From Vulcanimicrobiota bacterium (GTDB lineage Bacteria > Vulcanimicrobiota > Xenobia > Xenobiales > JADMJV01), in assembly GCA_050250895.1 (NCBI GenBank), contig JBFWNU010000001.1, positions 455,998 through 519,997 of the forward strand: DNA of 64,000 nucleotides, given 5' to 3'. The notes below the pieces were generated by a model. The model worked only from the letters and a program-made list of their open reading frames with translations. It ran no database searches and was not told where the DNA came from. The position numbers and the translations under genes are program-made. How positions within the stretch are numbered: the stretch's first letter is position 1; every line of letters begins with the position of its first letter. Positions 17,966 to 27,413 of the stretch are shown here, piece after piece.

Positions 17966-18039
17966 CCTTTCCTAGCCCGATGGTAGCGGTCCGGGCTCTC
18001 CGGGACGGTCAACAAACCCGGTCAGGATATTGCTAGTTT

Positions 18040-19944
18040 CTAAAGATTTTGCACGCCACTTGTTAACACGGCCAACAAGATCAGGAACACGAAGAAGGCC
18101 GCTCCGGCCTGGGCGGCCGCCAGATAGCGCTTCTTGATCAGGTAGAAAGCCGCAAAGCCAGGGCAGCCGAGCGTCATGAAGATCAGTGTGAGGTAGCCCG
18201 CCAGCAGCGGCGAGCCTCCCACCTGCGCAAAGCCGATGGCCGACACGGTCGCGCCCAGAGCCCCCAGGAAGAAAGCGGCGATTCCGACCCACCATCCCCA
18301 CCACAATCGAAAACCTGACTCAGCCGCCGGCGGTTGCGTGGGTGCCGGGGCGGGCGGGGTTTCGACCATCGGTTTGGTCTGGGCGGCCACAGCCGGCTGG
18401 GGAGTAAGCTTGGGCTGGCTGGCCGGGGGGGTCGGCATCGGCGCCGTGACCGCCGGTCGAACCGGGCTGGCCTGGGGCGCTGCCGGTGGCGCCGCCGGGG
18501 CGTTCGGCAACACCGCTTCGTAGACCACCACCTTGTCCCGGTTGGTGCCGATGTGACGATACTCGGCCAGATGCCGGGTCAACTCCATGGTTGCCTGGCT
18601 GACGTGGATGCCGCCAACCGGGCAGTCTTTCTCGAGGTGGCCGGCGTGGTCGACGGTGCGGCTGGCGAACTCGCCTAGTGAACGCCGAGGGTCCACATAG
18701 ACCTCGCCGGTGTTGATGCCGATGCGGCATTTGAGGCTGCCCGGCAACTGTTGATGACGTTGGCCCACCTCGGCGATAGTGGTCTGGATCTCGAGGGCCG
18801 CATTGACCGCCTGATCGGCCGTGTCGAACAGACAGATGGCCCCATCGCCGGCCCAATCAAAACGCTGGCAGCCGTATTTCTTGAGAATGTCATTGATAGT
18901 CGAACGATAGTCGCGAAAGGCGCGATCGGCAATCAGGGTCTGATTGGGAATCTTGATGGCCGACGAGCCGGCCAGATCGACCATCAGCACCGACAGCACC
19001 TTTTTGAAACCCTGGTCGATGGCTTCGCGCACCATCTCGTTGGCCCGAATGGCGTCATCCATGCTGACCTGGCCCTCGGCCACCGAGCGCAAGAAGTTGT
19101 CGAGCGAAGACTGGGCCTCGTGCATGCCCGCCGCCTCGAGCAGGGCCTGGCGCATGACGTTGGCGTCGGTATAGCGCCGCTCGGGCAGCTTTTCGAGAGC
19201 CTTGAGGATGGCCGAACCGAGGGCGGCCGGGATCTCGGGGTTGTATTCGCAGGGGTTGGGGGCGAAATCCATGATGTGGGCCTTCATCACCTCGGGCATG
19301 GTGTCGCCGCGAAAGGGCTGGACCCCGGTCAACATCTCGTAGAGCACCAGACCGGCCGCGTAAAGATCGGCGCGATGATCGATCCCTTTGCCCTCGAACT
19401 GCTCGGGAGCCATGTACTCGGGGGTGCCGATCATCACGCCCGTGCGAGTCAGCTTGTCGCCATCCTTGATGTGAGCGATGGAAAAGTCGCTCAGGGCCAC
19501 CTCTTCGGCTGACCGCAGCAACACGTTGGCCGGCTTGACGTCGCGATGGACGACGCCCTTCTGGTGAGCGTGATAGAGGGCTTGCAACACCTGGTCCATG
19601 ATCTTGATCCCCAGCCGCACCGAGACCTTGCCCTCGCGATTGAGCAGCTCGCGCAGGTCTTTCTCGCTGACATACTCCATGACGATGAAGTAGCGGCCGT
19701 CGCGCGAGTCGGCGTCGACGATCGACACGATGTTGGGATGGCGAAGACCGGCGGCCACTCGCCCCTCGCGCTTGAAGCGCTCGACGAACTGCGGGTCGCG
19801 AGTAAACTCGGGAGCCAGCACCTTGATGGCCAGATCGCGCCCCAGCGATTCTTGATGAGCCAGAAACACGGTGCCCATGGCCCCCCGCCCGAGCTCACGA
19901 ACCACCTTATAATTGCCGATATAGGCGGGGAGTTCCGGTTCCAT
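18040..19944 (-). CDS. Ser/Thr kinase fused to class III nucleotide cyclase-like domain, Pro-rich linker and 3 TM helices
   Basis: HRDVKPAN, GTPEYMAPEQ; VLMVDLAGSS, AGDGAICLF, RIGINTGEV. Confidence 0.9.
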   Translation of the reverse strand: MEPELPAYIGNYKVVRELGRGAMGTVFLAHQESLGRDLAIKVLAPEFTRDPQFVERFKREGRVAAGLRHPNIVSIVDADSRDGRYFIVMEYVSEKDLRELLNREGKVSVRLGIKIMDQVLQALYHAHQKGVVHRDVKPANVLLRSAEEVALSDFSIAHIKDGDKLTRTGVMIGTPEYMAPEQFEGKGIDHRADLYAAGLVLYEMLTGVQPFRGDTMPEVMKAHIMDFAPNPCEYNPEIPAALGSAILKALEKLPERRYTDANVMRQALLEAAGMHEAQSSLDNFLRSVAEGQVSMDDAIRANEMVREAIDQGFKKVLSVLMVDLAGSSAIKIPNQTLIADRAFRDYRSTINDILKKYGCQRFDWAGDGAICLFDTADQAVNAALEIQTTIAEVGQRHQQLPGSLKCRIGINTGEVYVDPRRSLGEFASRTVDHAGHLEKDCPVGGIHVSQATMELTRHLAEYRHIGTNRDKVVVYEAVLPNAPAAPPAAPQASPVRPAVTAPMPTPPASQPKLTPQPAVAAQTKPMVETPPAPAPTQPPAAESGFRLWWGWWVGIAAFFLGALGATVSAIGFAQVGGSPLLAGYLTLIFMTLGCPGFAAFYLIKKRYLAAAQAGAAFFVFLILLAVLTSGVQNL

Positions 19945-20024
19945 CTCGTTTAAGGAATACGCCTTCGGCCGGGCTACGCCTGCCGCGGCGAGGCATTGGC
20001 GCCGGGCGAGGCGAAACGGGGCCG

Positions 20025-21437
20025 ATGCAAAACCTCGACATGCCCCGCGAAGAGTTTGTGGCCCAGGCCCGCCGGTTGGCGGATTGGATCGGGGACTATC
20101 TAGACGATTCGCAACGATATCCGGTGCTGCACCAGGTCGCGCCCGGCGAGATTGCCGCCGGCCAGCCGCGCGAGTGCCCCCAGACGGGTTGTTCTATGCA
20201 AGAGATTCTCGATGACTTCGAGCGCCAGCTCATGCCCGGGCTTACTCACTGGAATCACCCCCGCTTCTTCGCTTACTTCTCGATTTCGGCCAGCGCACCC
20301 GGAGTGCTGGCCGACTTCCTCTCTTCGGCCCTCAACCAGCAGGCGATGTTGTGGCGCACCTCTCCGGCCGCCACCGAACTCGAGCAGGTGGCTCTGGCCT
20401 GGTTGGCTCAGATGATGGGCTTGCCGGCCTGGGAGGGGGTCATCTATGACACCGCCAGCGTGTCCACCTTGCACGCCCTGGCCGCCGCCCGCGAAGTGGT
20501 CTGCCCCGATGTCCGGCAACAGGGCTTCAGCGGCCCGCCGCTGCGGGTGTATTGCTCGGATCAGACTCACAACTCCATCGACAAAGCCGTGATTTTGCTG
20601 GGGATGGGTCTCGACAACCTGCGCAAGATCCCCAGCGATGACGAGTTTCGCATGCGGCCCGAAGCGTTGGCTGCGGCCATCGAAGAAGACCTGGCGGCCG
20701 GCTATCGACCGTGCGCGGTGGTGGCCACCGTCGGCACCACCTCGACCAGCAGCCTGGATCCGGTCGAGGCTATCGCCGACCTTTGCGCCCGCCACAAGCT
20801 GTGGCTGCATGTCGATGCCGCCTATGGGGGTGCGGCCGCCCTGGCCCCCGAGTTCCAACCGCTTTTCAAAGGCTGGGAACGAGCCGACTCGCTGGTGGTC
20901 AACCCCCACAAGTGGATGTTCGTCCCCTTTGACCTGTCGGTGCTCTATTGCCGGGATATGGACATCTTGAGGCGAGCCTTCTCGCTGGTAGCCGAGTATC
21001 TCAAGACCAGCGACGGCCAAGTGAAGAACCTGATGGACACGGGAATACAGCTAGGCCGGCGCTTCCGCTCGCTCAAGCTGTGGATGATCTTGCGCTACTT
21101 CGGCCGCGACGGAATGGCCGAGCGCATCCGCTCTCACATCGCCATGGCCCGCCAATTGGCCGAATGGATTGACGAGCATCCCCAATTCGAACGCACCGCT
21201 CCCACCCCGCTGAGCCTGGTCTGCTTTCGAGCCGTGCCCGCAGGCCTCACCGGCCCCGAAGTGGACGCCTTCAACCTCGACCTGATGGAACGCCTCAACG
21301 CCACAGGCGAGATCTTCCTATCCCACACCAAGCTCAAAGAGCGCATCAGCCTGAGGCTGGCTATCGGAAACATCCGCACCAGGCCCGAGCACATTCGCCA
21401 GGCCTGGGAGGCCATTACCCAGGCGGCTAAGGGGTGA
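20025..21437 (+). CDS. PLP-dependent aromatic-L-amino-acid decarboxylase (group II)
   Basis: THWNHPRFFAY, SPAATELE, WLHVDAAYGG, NPHKW, LGRRFRSLKLW. Confidence 0.93.
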   Translation: MQNLDMPREEFVAQARRLADWIGDYLDDSQRYPVLHQVAPGEIAAGQPRECPQTGCSMQEILDDFERQLMPGLTHWNHPRFFAYFSISASAPGVLADFLSSALNQQAMLWRTSPAATELEQVALAWLAQMMGLPAWEGVIYDTASVSTLHALAAAREVVCPDVRQQGFSGPPLRVYCSDQTHNSIDKAVILLGMGLDNLRKIPSDDEFRMRPEALAAAIEEDLAAGYRPCAVVATVGTTSTSSLDPVEAIADLCARHKLWLHVDAAYGGAAALAPEFQPLFKGWERADSLVVNPHKWMFVPFDLSVLYCRDMDILRRAFSLVAEYLKTSDGQVKNLMDTGIQLGRRFRSLKLWMILRYFGRDGMAERIRSHIAMARQLAEWIDEHPQFERTAPTPLSLVCFRAVPAGLTGPEVDAFNLDLMERLNATGEIFLSHTKLKERISLRLAIGNIRTRPEHIRQAWEAITQAAKG

Positions 21438-22227
21438 AGTTGGCGGTGCCGAACTGCCCGTTGGTGCGAACCACGACCACCCGATAAGCCGCGTTGGTGG
21501 CCAGATTGGGCTCGATATTGGCCGTCAGCAAAGTGGCTCCGGCCGGCTGCGGTCCGTGCATGATGGGCGAGTTGAGCGCGTCGTTGGTCACCGAACTCGC
21601 CCCCCAGACCAGCCTTTCGCTGCCGTCGGCCGCGATCCGCAAGACCGAGATGTCGCGCACCGGTCCGCCGGTAAAAGTGTAGGTGGGAGTGGTCCCGGGA
21701 CCGGCCGTCACGGTGATGCCGCCGGCCGGGTTGGCGGCCGGGGCCAGGTTGACCCCGGTGAAGTCGACCCCCGCCGACACGCCTTCGCCGATGAGGGAAT
21801 AGGTCGTTCCGTCGATCACGGTGGTCTGACCCTGAATGACCGGCACGTTGCTGGCGCGAGCTCGGCCCACTTCGGTGGCGTTGGCGTCAAGAGCCAGGGC
21901 CAGAATATCGTAGGTGCCGGTGGGGACGTCCGAAATGGTCAGGTTCTGGTCGAACTGAGTGAAGGTCCTGGCGACGGTTACCGGATTGATGACGTCGAAG
22001 TCGGTGCCTCCGGTCGAACTGACCACCCGCACCTGATACTGGCTGGCCTGAATAAAGCGGCCATGGGCGCCGGCGTCCTGAAACTGTAGCTGCACAGCCC
22101 CTACGGGAGGCGCGCCGACATTCAAGAGCCCGAAAGAGTCCTTGACCCCATCCTCGGAGTCGCCGGTAGAGCAGCCCGCCAGACAGAGGGCGAAAAGAAG
22201 CACGAAGATGCGAAGCGGAAATCTCAT
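21427..22227 (-). CDS. Beta-rich lipoprotein
   Basis: Lipobox LAGC; Thr/Gly/Val-rich. Confidence 0.75.
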   Translation of the reverse strand: MRFPLRIFVLLFALCLAGCSTGDSEDGVKDSFGLLNVGAPPVGAVQLQFQDAGAHGRFIQASQYQVRVVSSTGGTDFDVINPVTVARTFTQFDQNLTISDVPTGTYDILALALDANATEVGRARASNVPVIQGQTTVIDGTTYSLIGEGVSAGVDFTGVNLAPAANPAGGITVTAGPGTTPTYTFTGGPVRDISVLRIAADGSERLVWGASSVTNDALNSPIMHGPQPAGATLLTANIEPNLATNAAYRVVVVRTNGQFGTANFTP

Positions 22228-22248
22228 GCGGCCCCGCTTCGGGTGCTC

Positions 22249-22785
22249 TTAGAGGATCCCTTCCGGCTCAAAACGTGCTCTCCAGGCATCGAAAGTGACC
22301 AGGTTCTGAGGCCCATGGCGTCCCAGGCGGCGCCGCACCTCCTCTACCTCGAGTGCGCCCGACCCCTTACTGTAGAACTTGTCGGCGTAGGCGATGATCT
22401 GCTCTTCGAGGCTGACCGGTCGCATATCTCGGAGCGGCAACGGCAGGCCCTGTCTTTCGATCTCCTCGGCCGTCAGACCGGTGCCCACGTGGCGCTCGCA
22501 CACCAATCCGTGGCGGGGATAGCCCTCTTGTTCGAGCAGCTCGCGACCGAGGATACCGTGGCGCATGTAGTGCTCGGGCCCGTGGCAACCGATGCCCGGG
22601 GCGTGGGTCTTGAAGACCCCCAGGTCGTGGAGCATCCCTGCCTCTTCGATGAAGCGCAAGTCGGCGCCCATTCTCTGGCCGATAGCCAGAGCGCGGTCGG
22701 TAACGGCCCGCGAATGCTCGACCAGAATGGCATAGGCCGGATCCTCGGGGCGGTAGTATTTATGCAGGATCGCCAGTGGATCCAT
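22249..22785 (-). CDS. HD-domain phosphohydrolase
   Basis: EHS..V, MLHDLG, HG..G, ERHVGTG, YADKFYSK. Confidence 0.9.
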   Translation of the reverse strand: MDPLAILHKYYRPEDPAYAILVEHSRAVTDRALAIGQRMGADLRFIEEAGMLHDLGVFKTHAPGIGCHGPEHYMRHGILGRELLEQEGYPRHGLVCERHVGTGLTAEEIERQGLPLPLRDMRPVSLEEQIIAYADKFYSKGSGALEVEEVRRRLGRHGPQNLVTFDAWRARFEPEGIL

Positions 22786-24325
22786 GGGCCTTCAGGGCCG
22801 AAACCAGGGCAGCCCCGGCCAGGTAAGCGTGTTGGTAACCTTGCTCGAGTTGGCCTCGGCTGGCGGCTGCACACGCCCGATAGGAAAGCTCGGTGGGTGG
22901 TTGCTCTTCGAGCACCTTGCCCAGCACGGCGTCGACGGCCCCGGCCAGAGAGCCTAACTTGAGCACCTCGAGGGCGGCCTGGCGCCCGCTGCGAGCCATG
23001 GCCTCGAGGCCCCGCGACTGGAGCGTCTGGGCGGCCTGCTCTAAGGCCGGCCGGTCGGGCTCGGTCAGGACTTTTACAATCTGGGCCCGGGTCTCGGCCA
23101 GAATCTCCAGGTGAGAACCCTCGATATGGGGGTCGACTCCGCCCAGTTGGGCCGCCACCTGCACCATCTCGTGCATCAATTCGAAGCAGCCAGGGTCGGT
23201 GGCCTTGAGCTTGTCGGGCTCGTAATAATAGTGGGCGATCCCTTCGGCCACATACTCGCGCGGATTGGCCCGGGCGTAGGGGGTGATGGCCCTTTGAGGA
23301 TCACCCCGCATCTGGTGAAAGGCCCGCAGGAGCCGGGTCTTCCAGCCTTTGTACCAATCGGGAGCCTTCTCTTCGAGAATCCAATCGACGGCGTGGGCAA
23401 ACTCATGAACGGCCGTCTTGTCGGTCGGGTCCAGACAGCGGTCGCGGACCAGAATGTTCTTGCTGAGCAGATACTCGCCATTGAGGTCATAGTCGACATC
23501 GGCCGAAGGGTCGACCCAGCGGTCCACGATGTGGCCTTCACGCCCTTGCCACAGGCTCAGGGCCTCGAAGTCGTAGTTGTCGAGCAAGCGCCGATCCGAT
23601 GGCGGTCCGGCCAGGTAGACGCCGGGCATGAGGAGGGTGTGCTTGAGGCTGTCGACGGGAATCAGTTCGGGCCGTTCTTGCCACTGACCGAGCACTTGCT
23701 GAAGAAACTCGGGACGTTCGGCCAATCGCGAGCGGGTGGCCTCGATGGTCTCCTGGCGAGCCTCTTCGAGACGAGGCCCGTTGATGGCCTCGGTCAACTC
23801 GAAGAAGGCCTTCTTTTCGGCCGGCGAGTCGCAGCCATGAGCGATGGCCATGCCTTCCAGGGCAACCGCCTCCTGGCTCAGCAGCGAATCGGGTGGCAGG
23901 TCGGGCCGCAAAACCTGAAACGATTTGGGGCTGTAGACAGCCATGTCAAAACCCGCTTCGGTGAGCCAGTTGTGAAGCCTGACCCGATAGGCCTGGCGAG
24001 CTTGCGGTCCGTCGAGTTCGCCCCGCGCCTGGGCGAACTCCTGATGATAGGCGGCCGCGACTTTGGCCAATTCGGGTGTCTGCTGGCGAAAGTGCTCGAG
24101 ATTGTGAGTCCGAAAGACCTCTTTGGAAAGCAGGTCCTCGCCTACGCGGGCGACTTGAATGCGCAAACCGGCCTGGCGAGCAAATTCGAGCACGCCGGTG
24201 TCGTAGCGACTCAGGCTCGAGGCCAACTGGTCACGCTCGGCCGGCTCGAGCGGGCCGTCGAGCATCTGGTGGCATAGCTGCTGCCGATGCTTGACCATCA
24301 GCCGCGGAGAATCCGGATAGATCAC
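22760..24325 (-). CDS. Zinc metalloprotease, anthrax lethal factor (ATLF)/PPEP-like
   Basis: VHEFAHAVD followed by YARANPREYVAEG. Confidence 0.7.
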   Translation of the reverse strand: MIYPDSPRLMVKHRQQLCHQMLDGPLEPAERDQLASSLSRYDTGVLEFARQAGLRIQVARVGEDLLSKEVFRTHNLEHFRQQTPELAKVAAAYHQEFAQARGELDGPQARQAYRVRLHNWLTEAGFDMAVYSPKSFQVLRPDLPPDSLLSQEAVALEGMAIAHGCDSPAEKKAFFELTEAINGPRLEEARQETIEATRSRLAERPEFLQQVLGQWQERPELIPVDSLKHTLLMPGVYLAGPPSDRRLLDNYDFEALSLWQGREGHIVDRWVDPSADVDYDLNGEYLLSKNILVRDRCLDPTDKTAVHEFAHAVDWILEEKAPDWYKGWKTRLLRAFHQMRGDPQRAITPYARANPREYVAEGIAHYYYEPDKLKATDPGCFELMHEMVQVAAQLGGVDPHIEGSHLEILAETRAQIVKVLTEPDRPALEQAAQTLQSRGLEAMARSGRQAALEVLKLGSLAGAVDAVLGKVLEEQPPTELSYRACAAASRGQLEQGYQHAYLAGAALVSALKAHGSTGDPA

Positions 24326-24397
24326 CCTTATAGTCTGCCTCAGACGGCTGAAAACTCCCTAAAAAGGGAGTGACCTGCCCTTTGCGAATGCCGGAGA

Positions 24398-25435
24398 ATG
24401 CGCTTTGCAATGGCTCTTGTGCTGCTCTTCGTCGTCACCGGGCCGTTGCTGGCCGGGCCCGAATTGCAGCTAACGCCCTCGCTCGAACCCGAGCGACCGG
24501 CCCTGACGGCTGCCCTCGAGGCCGCCAACCAGCGCCTGGCCCGTTTCGCCCACACCCATGGCTGGGAGGGACTGGTGCAAGAGCCGTTCTACGACCGGGT
24601 GGAGTTCTACGACCAGAAACCAGCGTACGACCGGCGCCTGCGGGAGCTGACCGGCCTGCAGGGCGAAATCCCGCCCACCTACGTGGCCGCCCTCGAACAG
24701 CGAGTGCTGGTGGCGGTCAGCCCGGCGCTCTATCGGCAACTAGTACCCCAGGGCGACGAGCCCGACGCCTTCGAGAAGTTGCTCTGTCATGAGCTGGCCC
24801 ATCGGCTCCACATCCGGATCCTCGAGGGAGACGAAGAAGCCATGGGGCCGATCTGGTTCTTCGAAGGCTTCGCTGTCTATGCCAGCGATCAATTCACCGA
24901 CGCCAGCCTGAGCAAGCCCGAGCTGTGGCAGGTCGTGACCAGTCAAGAACGGGGCAGCTATCGAAGCTACCGAGCCGTGATGAACTATCTGGTGAGCCGG
25001 ACCGACCTTCCCGAGCTGGTCCAATGGGCTAGAGCGCCGGGTTTCGTGGACCAGTTACGACTGCTCTGGCTGACCATCGTCGAACAGCGCGAAGGCGATG
25101 AGTTCCACTTCGGCCCCAACGGAATCACCGTCATCAGCCACATGGGCATCGGCAGGATCCGCCTGCAGGCCGGGGCCGGCTGGCCAGAACAGCTGGTGTT
25201 TCGGTTCACCTATAAGGGCGGAACCGCCATGACCCGAATCGAGAACCTGGGCTTCGAGACCAATCAGGGCAGTTGGCAAACATCCACCCCTCGCCCCCAG
25301 TTTCGTCCCGCCATCGAGTCGGCCAGCAAGCCAACGCTTAGCCTGGATGGAAAGGTTCCGGTGCTGACCATTCCAGGGGACTTTCTGGCCAATTGCCCCG
25401 AACTCAAACTGGGTTGGATCGACGTCTACCGATAA
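24398..25435 (+). CDS. Secreted gluzincin (peptidase MA-like)
   Basis: Signal peptide; HELAH...PIWFFEGFAVY. Confidence 0.75.
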   Translation: MRFAMALVLLFVVTGPLLAGPELQLTPSLEPERPALTAALEAANQRLARFAHTHGWEGLVQEPFYDRVEFYDQKPAYDRRLRELTGLQGEIPPTYVAALEQRVLVAVSPALYRQLVPQGDEPDAFEKLLCHELAHRLHIRILEGDEEAMGPIWFFEGFAVYASDQFTDASLSKPELWQVVTSQERGSYRSYRAVMNYLVSRTDLPELVQWARAPGFVDQLRLLWLTIVEQREGDEFHFGPNGITVISHMGIGRIRLQAGAGWPEQLVFRFTYKGGTAMTRIENLGFETNQGSWQTSTPRPQFRPAIESASKPTLSLDGKVPVLTIPGDFLANCPELKLGWIDVYR

Positions 25436-25555
25436 TTTGGGGCCCTGCGTGAATATTCAAGAATTCGCAACAACATGTTAACATTCTCGTTGCATTCGCG
25501 AACGAATTTTTAATGTATAATGGGGGCCAGAGATTTTTGGACGGAGGAACATGAC

Positions 25556-25891
25556 GTGGCAGGTATCGGTGGTGGCTTCGGCTTCAACTTCGGCTACAAC
25601 GCATTCCAGAATATCGGTGGTTTTGGTGGCGGTTACGGCTTCCCCTCCGTCGGCCAGTCCTATGGGGGCGGCTTCAACTTCGGCTACAATTTCGGGGCCT
25701 CTTTCCAGGGCAACCTGCAACTCGGCAACGGCTGGAGTCAGTATATCGGCCCCTCGAGCCCCTGGGATCGTCCCGGTTGGCCTCAGGTTCCCCAGGTTGG
25801 CCCCATGCCCACCGTGTTCACCTGGCACAACGTCAACGGGACCGGCGGCACCAACGTATTCTTCCCCGGCTTCGGCGCCCATATCGTCTAA
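25556..25891 (+). CDS. Small Gly/Phe/Asn/Tyr-rich low-complexity protein (111 aa)
   Basis: GGAGG 8 nt upstream of GTG; TATAAT upstream; terminator downstream; GFNFGYN motif twice. Confidence 0.75.
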   Translation: MAGIGGGFGFNFGYNAFQNIGGFGGGYGFPSVGQSYGGGFNFGYNFGASFQGNLQLGNGWSQYIGPSSPWDRPGWPQVPQVGPMPTVFTWHNVNGTGGTNVFFPGFGAHIV

Positions 25892-25908
25892 GCTTAAGGG
25901 TGTCAGCG

Positions 25909-25941
25909 AAACCTCGCCTGCGCGGCGGGGTTTTCTATTTT
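25909..25941 (+). terminator. Intrinsic terminator
   Basis: aaacctcgcc-tgcgc-ggcggggttt followed by T-rich tail. Confidence 0.75.
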
Positions 25942-25967
25942 ATGCATAAGGCTCAAAGGCCCTAGCG

Positions 25968-26663
25968 GTGTTCACCGGCTCTGACCTCGTCCTCAAGTAT
26001 GCTGTGTTGGCAGGAGCCACGCCGCTCATTCCCGTGCCGTTTCTCGACGACATCGTGCTGGCCCGGGTCGAACGAGCCATGGTGTCGGCCATTTTCGGCA
26101 GTCACGGGCATACCCTCAACGATCAGGAACTCGAGGTGCTGGTCAAAGAGCCACCCAGCGGCTGCCTGGTGCTCGGATGTTTCACCAAGGCCATCTTGTG
26201 GCCCATCAAGAAGATCGTCCGCAAACTGCTCTTCGTGCTCGAGATCAAGCGGGCCACCGATATCGCCAGTTTCACCCTGACCCGCGGCTTTCTGCTCGAT
26301 GCAGCCCTGCGCAACAATTGGTGGACCCCCGACGGCAGCGCCGCCAAGGCCGAGCAACTCGGTCAAAGCGTGATGGAGGTGGCCCGCCAGGCCGAGACGA
26401 GTCCGATGGCCGGGGCGGTTCGGGCCACCTTTCAAGGCATGAGAAAGACCCTGGCCGAGGTGGGCAGCCTCTTTGGACGACTGCTGGGTGCTCGCAAACA
26501 GCCCGACGAGCCGGCCATCGCCCAGGCCCTCGAAGAGGTCCAGGTAGAGGAGGAAAAGGAGGTCCAGAGCCTGGTTTCTCGACTGCGCGCCAGTCTCGAG
26601 GCCCTCCCTCAGGGCTACTTTCAAGAGTTGGAGAAGTCGCTCTGGAACAAGCTCAGTGCTTGA
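25968..26663 (+). CDS. Hypothetical protein (DUF697/EcsC-like N-terminus)
   Basis: AGATPLIPVPFLDD; helical C-terminus. Confidence 0.65.
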   Translation: MFTGSDLVLKYAVLAGATPLIPVPFLDDIVLARVERAMVSAIFGSHGHTLNDQELEVLVKEPPSGCLVLGCFTKAILWPIKKIVRKLLFVLEIKRATDIASFTLTRGFLLDAALRNNWWTPDGSAAKAEQLGQSVMEVARQAETSPMAGAVRATFQGMRKTLAEVGSLFGRLLGARKQPDEPAIAQALEEVQVEEEKEVQSLVSRLRASLEALPQGYFQELEKSLWNKLSA

Positions 26664-26686
26664 AGAAGGTCTCGACTCGCTCTTTT

Positions 26687-27307
26687 CTATTCATGCCTGC
26701 CCGGTTCGGGACAAACTAACGCGAGCCTTCGCATCCAGGCCGCACACTGCTCGTCCCCCGGACCCTGGCGAGCCAGCAACCGCTGATGAATGACCTGGCG
26801 TTGCTCGGCGCTCACATGTTGACCGAACTTGAACTTCAAGCTCGACCGCTCGAGGCTGACCTTGAGCACGGTCAAAGCCCGCAAGGGGCCGTGATAGCGA
26901 GGGTCGGTCAAGGCCAGATGGCCGGCCTCGGGCTGGTAGCGCGTCATGAAGGCCTCGAGCACCCTCGCCTTTTCCTCGAGCTGCCCGACCTCGAGCAACT
27001 GCCCCCGCACCACCAGTGAGGCGTAGTAAGTGGTGGCCGGACAAGCCATGAAGCGATGGCGCCAGGTGGAGGGGATCCAGACGGCCAGATCGACCACCGT
27101 CACCGCGCAAAGACTGCCGACTCGGGCTGCCAGCGAACCGCCCGGAGCGGTATGGAAGTAGAGGTGCTCGCCGACCACGGCGTAGTTCATGGGCCGAACC
27201 TCCGGGGCTCCCTCGGGGTCGACGGTGGCCAGACTGGCGTAACGAGCCCGACTCAGTAGCGCCCGAACCTCGGCTCGGTCCTCGATGAGAAATTCTTGTC
27301 GTCGCAT
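26687..27307 (-). CDS. Pyridoxamine 5'-phosphate oxidase-like flavin-binding protein (NimA-like)
   Basis: ASLATVD..G.P...PMNY, LYFHTA, KFKFGQ. Confidence 0.85.
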   Translation of the reverse strand: MRRQEFLIEDRAEVRALLSRARYASLATVDPEGAPEVRPMNYAVVGEHLYFHTAPGGSLAARVGSLCAVTVVDLAVWIPSTWRHRFMACPATTYYASLVVRGQLLEVGQLEEKARVLEAFMTRYQPEAGHLALTDPRYHGPLRALTVLKVSLERSSLKFKFGQHVSAEQRQVIHQRLLARQGPGDEQCAAWMRRLALVCPEPGRHE

Positions 27308-27413
27308 GCTGCCATCCTAGCCTCGAAGTGGACCGCGGAAAAGGTCCAGTTTCAGAAAAACACGTCGACCAGTTCAGGAAAGGTTTTTGCCTCAGGCTGA
27401 GGAAACCGGGGCT

